This document shows positions 54,309 to 58,926 of a DNA stretch of 58,926 bases, one piece after another. Origin of the DNA: Octopus bimaculoides (lineage: Eukaryota); contig NC_068999.1 of the NCBI RefSeq assembly GCF_001194135.2, positions 4,438,331 through 4,497,256 on the forward strand. Direction: 5' to 3'. Numbering within the stretch: position 1 is the first letter of the stretch; every line of letters starts with the position of its first letter. The translations under genes were made by a program, and so were the position numbers. The notes under the pieces are model-generated. The model was not told where the DNA came from and ran no database searches. It saw only the letters and a program-made list of their open reading frames with translations.

Positions 54309-56055
54309 TGATAATAATAATGTAAATGATGATCATCATCATTTTAATCCTCCTCCTTATCTTCATCATCATCAGCATCATAATTTATGAAGAGTGATGT
54401 AATTTTTCTCAAGGATAAATATACAACAAGAAGAGCATGATGTGATTTGTAATAAATAGAGATTGACTCTGTTTATTGAATTGAAAGAATTGAAGGCTCT
54501 ATCGACTGGTTGTCCGTCTTCCTTGGGCTCAAAATGTAAACTGAAAAGAACACGGAAAAACAGAAATTCAAAATATGAATGAGAATATCCTGTGTTCCAT
54601 TTTAGACAAAATGGCATCGTTAGTTTTCACTTTTCCGTAACAGGTAAGAAGGAAAAAAGAAAGAAAGAAAGAGGAAAGAGATCCCTTAAGTCAAACAGTT
54701 TTGTGTAAAATTGATGAAATTCTCATGTCGTTTTATTCGTTTTATTCATTCCTTCAGAACTTGATGTCAGCAATTCACAAATATATATATGTATATATAT
54801 ACTAGCAGCTATGCCCGGTTTCACCTTGTAAGTTTGGATGATGTGGCTGTAAAACCTGTTCAGTGTAGGCATTCGACTTGTTTGGGCACGCTTACATAAA
54901 AAAAACAATTTTAGAATGACTTTTTTCTGTCAGAACACTAAAAATAACTGACCAGCAAAAAAAAAAAACCCAACCAAAATTCAACCAAATCAAAAAATAA
55001 AGCCAAATACTAAGTGAACAATGTTACTGTATGGTATTTAAGATTCTGTTATTCAATGCAGTTTTAGATACCATTTTAAAAAGGAACATGGCATGGTTTG
55101 AGAGTTATTTCATTGTTATTTCTAATAGACCATGCAGCTCTTATTGGGGTGTCTGCTTACATCGTTCTTCCAGAATTGTTTTTCAGTGAAATCTTTTGTT
55201 TTTTTCTAGGTTCAGTGGAAGCATGGAACCGATCAATGCCAAAGAGAACTGGTGGGGTGTCCGAGAAGAGTTCTTCATTGCTGCTAAAATCCTTGACGCT
55301 GCCAACAATGAATCTTTGGTCCCTGTTGATTATAAACCTTACAAAGTATTGCCATCAGTTGACGGTATGTATGTACATCTGTGTGTGTGTGTGTACCACC
55401 ATCATCATCATCATCATCATCATTCAACGTCCATTGTCCATGCTGGCATGGGTTGGACGGTTTAACCAAGGCTGGTAAGCTGGAAGGCTGGTAAGCTGGA
55501 AGGCTGCACCAGGCTCCAGTCTGATTTGGCAGAGTTTCTACAGCTGGATGCCCTTCTTAACGCCAACCACTCCAAGAGTGTAGTGAGTGCTTTTACGTGC
55601 TACCGGCACGAGGGCCAGTCAGGTGGTACTGGCGACGGCCACACTCAAAATGGTGTATTTTACGTGTCACCTGCACAGGAGCCAGTCCTGCGGCACTGGC
55701 AACGATCTTGGGGATGTAAACAAACCAATATCAGATATATCAATGTTTGAGATGCTAACACAAAAACATGGACACATACACACACACGCACACACTTCCT
55801 TGAAATGGAATGCCCTTATGCTAAATTTTACTTCAGTGTAACGAACATTCTTCAGTAATTATGCACGAAGAGATTAATTAATCCCAGAGATTGCTAATTG
55901 CATGACATATCGTTTGTGTTGTTTTTGTTGTTGTTGATGATGTTTTTGTTTGATTTCAAGGGAATTGCGCCCCTGGATGGACAGCTGAGAAATTTCGTTG
56001 TTTCAGGTACATGGGAGGTGTACAGACTTACTACGGTGCCGTCAGATACTGTCAG
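34963..56055 (+). CDS. bark: Bark beetle/Anakonda-like large SRCR + beta-helix + CUB + C-type lectin protein; 13-exon partial gene model (2499 codons, 3' end not found in window)
   Basis: 13 exons joined by GT..AG introns with matching phases (0,2,1,1,0,1,0,1,1,1,2,1,0) give one open frame. It has an N-terminal signal peptide, three SRCR domains, three copies of a GG..Y.....I.I.PG..L.F....G..V.G.L.A.G motif, three [IV].A/V..N[YW]WG....I..[KR]I[FL]D motifs, Asn-rich beta-helix repeats and a CTL start (C.PGW....RC[FY]). This architecture matches Drosophila Bark/Anakonda as I recall it; orthology was not tested by search. Confidence 0.85.
36135..36314 (+). mobile_element. mariner-derived MITE with TA TSDs
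   Basis: TA-TCAGGTTGATGCATAAT..AAATTTTATTCAACAAAA versus TTTTGTTGAATAAAATTT..ATTATGCACCAACCCAA-TA (inverted); internal EVDGEYAPE* transposase tail. Confidence 0.75.
37007..37042 (+). ncRNA. Minimal type I hammerhead ribozyme-like motif (Penelope-associated type) in intron 1
   Basis: CUUU-CUGAUGA-A-GAGC(AUAG)GCUU-GAAA-UG-UA-AAAG: complete core, 4-bp stem I, 4-bp stem II (one G-U), loopless stem III, GUA cleavage triplet. Confidence 0.55.
37721..37902 (+). CDS. bark: bark-like exon 2: start of SRCR1
   Basis: Acceptor TACAG|GGA; encodes [26 protein letters not shown]; donor AA|GTAAGT, phase 2. Confidence 0.92.
37991..38135 (+). mobile_element. SINE family A internal fragment (intron 2)
   Basis: CCGACCAAAGCCTTGTGAGTGGATTT..AAACTGAAAGAAG..CATCGCT.GACAAC. 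Confidence 0.7.
38592..38782 (+). CDS. bark: bark-like exon 3: rest of SRCR1
   Basis: Acceptor TTTCAG|C completes AAC; [30 protein letters not shown]; donor G|GTAAGT, phase 1. Confidence 0.92.
39116..39475 (+). CDS. bark: bark-like exon 4: SRCR1 end + beta-helix
   Basis: Acceptor TGCAG|AT; [40 protein letters not shown]; donor G|GTGAGT, phase 1. Confidence 0.92.
39903..40120 (+). mobile_element. Second mariner-type MITE
   Basis: Imperfect TIRs TGAGAGGTGCTGAAAAGTTCCTGCCTTT / AAAGCCACTAACTTTACAGCACCCCCTCA; internal REYVE* tail; abuts (TA)n. Confidence 0.65.
40200..40640 (-). mobile_element. Repeat family E with (GAT)n tail and internal imperfect tandem units (SINE or LINE 3' end), intron 4
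   Basis: (CAT)n followed by AACGTCCGCTTTCCATGCTAGCATGGGTTGGAC..; repeated GGTACTGGCAACGA units; other copies at 41771, 55400, 38140 and 26948. Confidence 0.78.
40727..40980 (+). CDS. bark: bark-like exon 5
   Basis: Acceptor TTACAG|GT; [25 protein letters not shown]; donor CAT|GTAAGT, phase 0. Confidence 0.92.
41288..41718 (-). mobile_element. Two tandem SINE family A 3' halves (41288-41495, 41508-41718) in intron 5
   Basis: Each begins TTTTACTTGTT..GGCCATGCTGGGGCACCACCTT. Confidence 0.75.
41771..41884 (+). mobile_element. Family E 3' end, intron 5
   Basis: AGAAAC..CAGATTGGAGCCTGGTG..CCAACCCATGCCAGCATGGAAAGCGGGCGTTAAA(TGA)n. Confidence 0.8.
41958..42225 (+). CDS. bark: bark-like exon 6: CUB-like domain
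   Basis: Acceptor TTTCAG|ACT; [29 protein letters not shown]..; donor G|GTAAGT, phase 1. Confidence 0.9.
42316..42742 (+). mobile_element. Two tandem copies of a TTAA-flanked (piggyBac-like) MITE: 42316-42545 complete, 42569-42742 truncated
   Basis: TTAACCCT..AGAGGTTAA ends; about 170 bp near-identical between the copies. Confidence 0.7.
43463..44940 (+). CDS. bark: bark-like exon 7: beta-helix, NYWG motif, second lead domain, start of SRCR2
   Basis: Acceptor TTACAG|GT; 1478-nt open frame with [40 protein letters not shown] and IRLVDG..EGRLEV..WGTVCNK; donor AAG|GTAAGT, phase 0. Confidence 0.95.
45230..45605 (-). mobile_element. SINE family A, full-length copy in intron 7
   Basis: Both halves with a short internal CA/TA tract; A/B-box-like head at the right end. 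Confidence 0.88.
45836..46076 (+). CDS. bark: bark-like exon 8: rest of SRCR2
   Basis: Acceptor GACAG|GGT; [40 protein letters not shown]; donor G|GTAAGT, phase 1. Confidence 0.93.
46487..46630 (+). mobile_element. Diverged tRNA-derived SINE (another family)
   Basis: GACTTAGTGGTTAGG (A box), GAGTTCAATTCC (B box), TTGTGTCCTTGAGCAAGGCACTT central motif. Confidence 0.6.
46825..47120 (-). mobile_element. RTE-clade LINE ORF fragment (post-RT region), inverted segment
   Basis: [23 protein letters not shown] / [37 protein letters not shown]. Confidence 0.8.
47125..47385 (+). mobile_element. RTE-clade LINE C-terminal fragment, sense segment with internal (TA)n
   Basis: [30 protein letters not shown][(TA)n][15 protein letters not shown]. 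Confidence 0.75.
47745..48464 (+). CDS. bark: bark-like exon 9: beta-helix + CUB-like
   Basis: Acceptor TTTCAG|GG; [36 protein letters not shown]; donor G|GTGAGT, phase 1. Confidence 0.93.
48640..48810 (-). mobile_element. SINE family A 3' half, diverged (intron 9)
   Basis: GGGGCAC..GGTACTTATT..GAACTGCTAAGTTACGGGAATGTAAAC. Confidence 0.65.
49213..51711 (+). CDS. bark: bark-like exon 10: beta-helix, NWWG motif, third lead domain, SRCR3, CUB
   Basis: Acceptor TTCCAG|GA; 2499-nt open frame with [59 protein letters not shown] and GFIAEV; donor G|GTAAGC, phase 1. Confidence 0.95.
52165..52977 (+). mobile_element. Tigger/pogo-type DNA transposon 3' remnant with terminal repeat
   Basis: [28 protein letters not shown]; [26 protein letters not shown]; ends AATTAAACTCGTACTGCGAAGCATCACTG followed by TA. 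Confidence 0.78.
53027..53699 (+). CDS. bark: bark-like exon 11: beta-helix
   Basis: Acceptor TTTCAG|AC; Asn-rich repeats (NNFLLGN, TNNIF, FFHNN, FTENN); donor AA|GTAAGT at 53700, phase 2. Confidence 0.93.
54800..54830 (+). mobile_element. Possible Helitron/Helentron-like non-autonomous element terminus
   Basis: TACTAGCAGCTATGCCCGGTTTCACC resembles the recalled ACTAG..CCCGG terminus; other end not located. Confidence 0.3.
55210..55364 (+). CDS. bark: bark-like exon 12: third NWWG motif
   Basis: Acceptor TTCTAG|G; [23 protein letters not shown]; donor G|GTATGT, phase 1. Confidence 0.9.
55400..55710 (-). mobile_element. Family E copy just downstream of the exon 12 donor
   Basis: Colinear with the 40200 copy; carries a 16-bp tandem duplication AGGCTGGTAAGCTGGA. 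Confidence 0.8.
55961..56055 (+). CDS. bark: bark-like exon 13: start of C-type lectin domain (absent from the ORF track)
   Basis: Acceptor TTTCAAG|GG; [32 protein letters not shown] is a typical CTL N-terminus; donor CAG|GTAAGA; phase fits exon 12. Confidence 0.85.
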
Positions 56056-56249
56056 GTAAGAAAGTTCAATCAGCATCTGTCGATATGTGGTTCTTGTTGT
56101 TTTTCTTGCTACGTCAGCTGTAATCGTGTGCATCAATCACTCCAAATTTGAATTGTTCTACACATGGTAGAAATCAATTTTTATCATTGATTTCTAATAT
56201 GAAACACTAGGATTCACATTCTTGATGCATGTGAGAGTGGTACTTGGTT

Positions 56250-56540
56250 GGTACTTTATTTTACTGACCCCAGAAGGATTAAAGGTTAACGTCAACCTTG
56301 GCAAGATTTGAACTCTGAATATCAATGTTTGTAGCTATATGCTACATAGTGGTGAATTCAGTATTCTTCTGTTTATTAGCATTTTACCTAGCATGTTAAC
56401 AATTCTGCCAGCTTACTTTAATAATAATAATAATCCATTCTACTAAAGGCAAAAGGCCTGAAATTTTTGGGGAGGGGAGTAGTCAATTACATCGACCCCT
56501 GTGTTTCACTGGTACTTAATTTATTAACCCCCAAAAGGGG
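56250..56540 (-). mobile_element. Two diverged SINE family C fragments (about 56250-56400 and 56430-56540)
   Basis: GACCCCAGAAGGATTAAAGG..TTTGAACTCTGAA and AGGCCTGAAATTTTTGGGG..CATCGACCCC..GGTACTTAATTTA. Confidence 0.6.
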
Positions 56541-56549
56541 TCAATAAAT

Positions 56550-57065
56550 GGCAAGCATTCTGTATGGTGGTTGGGTAGAGGTGAAGTGCCAAAACACTAT
56601 CCAAAGAAGAATATTCACCAAAAAAAGCTAATGGTGTCTCTTTGGTGGTCCAGTGCTGGTGACATCCACTACAGCTTCATGAGACCTGGTAAGTCAATTA
56701 CAGCGGATGTGTACCTCAACCAATTGGATGAAATGATGAGTGAACTTGCAATTAAACTATCAACATTGGTCAATAGACAGACCAATTCTCTTGCAAGACG
56801 ATACTTGGTCCCATGTTGCACAAAGAACACTACTCAAGTCACAGGAACTGAACTTGGAATTACTCTGTCATCCACCATATTCACCAGACCTTGCACCAAC
56901 TGACCATCATGTTTTCCTGGCTTTAGACAACTTTTTGCAAGGAAAAAAACTTCAAATCTGAAGGAGATGAAAAAAACAGGCTTTCGTGATTTCATCACCC
57001 CTTGCTCACCAGAATTCTTCACTGCCGGCATAAATAAGCTACCGATGAAATGGCAAAATGTGTTA
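56550..57065 (+). mobile_element. mariner transposase C-terminal fragment (D34D), frameshifted
   Basis: WL..GEVPKH.PK, MVSLWWSSAG.IHY..M.PGKSITADVY..QLDEM; LLQD(x34)D spanning HPPYSPDLAPTD; GINKLPMKWQ. Confidence 0.92.
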
Positions 57066-57215
57066 ATTTTTTTAATTTACTTAGGTCCTTAAAGGGGATG
57101 TAACTCACTGAAAGGGGAAGTAACTCAGTGAATAACTGTTTGTTTTTTATGTGTATGTGTCTAGAAAATATATGTATATATAGATATATATATATATATA
57201 TGCATACATACACAA

Positions 57216-57260
<45 letters not shown>

Positions 57261-57394
57261 ACTTAGCGGCTCGGCAAAACAGACCGATAGAATAAGTACT
57301 AGGCTTACAAAGAATAAGTCCTGGGGTCGATTTGGTCGACTAAAGGCGGTGCTCTAGCATGGCCACAGTCAAATGACTGAAACGAGTAAAAGAG
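57261..57394 (+). mobile_element. SINE family A 3' end
   Basis: ACTTAGCGGCTCGGCAAAA..GAATAAGTCCTGGGGTCGAT..GACTGAAACGAGTAAAAGAG. Confidence 0.85.
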
Positions 57395-58245
57395 TATATA
57401 TGTATATGTATATATATATATGTATATTTTATAATTACATACATAATTATAACAAGGGATTGGCTATATGCCTCACCATGCACTGTAAGAATAGATGCCA
57501 AAAGACACTATTATGGCCTTAAAATCTCTGAGAATAAGGCACCACATTTTAGGCGAGCAAAAGAAAGAAAACGAATCAAAAACTTTTGGTTCACCGCGTA
57601 CAAGATCCTGCTTCAAGCTTAAAGTAAAAAAAAATATTAGCCATTGCTATCATCAGCGAAGGTATTTCACAGCATAAATTTCCGAGTATCTCAACGTATG
57701 CATGTGAGCTACAACGTCACATGACTAATATCCATCCACACACATAGAGATATACTGCCAGGTAGAATTCACACCTTTCGTTTATACCCACATATATGTG
57801 TGTATATNNNNNNNNNNNNNNNNNNNNNNNNNNNNNNNNNNNNNNNNNNNNNNNNNNNNNNNNNNNNNNNNNNNNNNNNNNNNNNNNNNNNNNNNNNNNN
57901 NNNNNNNTATATATATGTGTGTGTGTGTGTATATATATATACGTATGTACATACATACATACATACATACATATGCATAGCGACATTTCCATATTGAAGA
58001 CAAGAGAATAGAGAATGGAATCATATGAAATAACAAAACACACAAAGAAGGCGACGGCCGTACATTAACCGTTGTGTGGAGGTCTGTGCATCGCTTTGAG
58101 CGATGCATTTATATACATTCATGTGTGTATATACACCTATACATATACACATATATATATGTATATATGTACGTATATATATATGTATGTGTGTATATGT
58201 ATATATGTATATCTATATATGTATATATGTTTATATATATGTATA

Positions 58246-58338
<93 letters not shown>

Positions 58339-58382
58339 GTATGTATATATGTATGTATGTATATGTATGTATATATGAATAA

Positions 58383-58426
<44 letters not shown>

Positions 58427-58757
58427 ATTTATATCTCTGCTTATATTTGTATGTGTTCATTTATATATCTTTATGTGCACCTACATACAAACACACGCAC
58501 ATACATACATACATACATACATACATACATACGTGAATACCTATATACAGAGGATAAATATTCTTATTAAATCTAACAGAGTTATTCGATAAACGATCAA
58601 TTTTCGAGCTGTGTCAGACCGTTCGCTTAATTTCAATCAAATTGGCCTAAAATTCCGAATCTATTTAGAATAATTTCCATTGAGATGTGCAATTTATGAT
58701 GACATCGTAGTCTGGTCAGAGGTTGTCAACACTTAGCTACAGCATTCTCCCTCTCAA

Positions 58758-58843
<86 letters not shown>

Positions 58844-58926
58844 GCCTTTCTTGGTTTTCTCCTTCTTATATACTTATACATACACACACTTGTACATACA
58901 TCTATATATCTATGTATGTATATATA

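Larger units (their letters stand above)
1293..57907. other. 13 assembly gaps: 1293-1470, 7547-8301, 10142-10277, 11767-12021, 12336-12399, 13997-14864, 24048-24881, 25756-26390, 27180-28133, 29850-29859, 32477-32829, 33693-33738, 57808-57907
   Basis: N runs, mostly bordered by microsatellites or repeats. Confidence 0.99.

Noticed and set aside
125-58592. Most ORF-track entries rich in YI, CV, HT, MYV, poly-His, poly-Val or X
   Set aside because: They are translations of microsatellites or N-gaps, with no splice or domain support
56056-58926. Search for a 14th bark-like exon
   Set aside because: Only SINE, mariner, microsatellite and gap sequence was recognised; the 57495-57677 ORF has no lectin motifs

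Overview
Eukaryotic genomic DNA from a draft assembly with 13 N-gaps. It is AT-rich and saturated with microsatellites and SINEs; the repeat content suggests an octopus or other coleoid cephalopod (inference, not tested). One protein-coding gene is well supported, on the + strand: a Bark beetle/Anakonda-like tricellular septate-junction protein. I reconstructed 13 GT-AG exons with consistent phases: 34963-35343, 37721-37902, 38592-38782, 39116-39475, 40727-40980, 41958-42225, 43463-44940, 45836-46076, 47745-48464, 49213-51711, 53027-53699, 55210-55364 and 55961-56055. They total 7497 nt = 2499 codons. The protein has a signal peptide, three tandem super-repeats (beta-rich lead domain, SRCR, parallel beta-helix, CUB-like) and the start of a C-type lectin domain. 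No further exon or stop codon was found, so the gene most likely continues past the window. The first 34 kb has no confident gene. It holds tRNA-derived SINEs, a Tx1/L1-type RT fragment, a Penelope GIY-YIG relic, a 200-bp fold-back MITE and a possible decayed Cys-rich secreted-protein gene. The most notable observations are: a minimal hammerhead-ribozyme motif in sense orientation in intron 1; a dense same-strand CAGGTA cluster upstream of the start codon; inverted repeats bracketing exon 5; an apparently 5'-inverted RTE insertion; and an identical 58-bp inverted duplication. All calls come from reading the sequence; no database searches were run.
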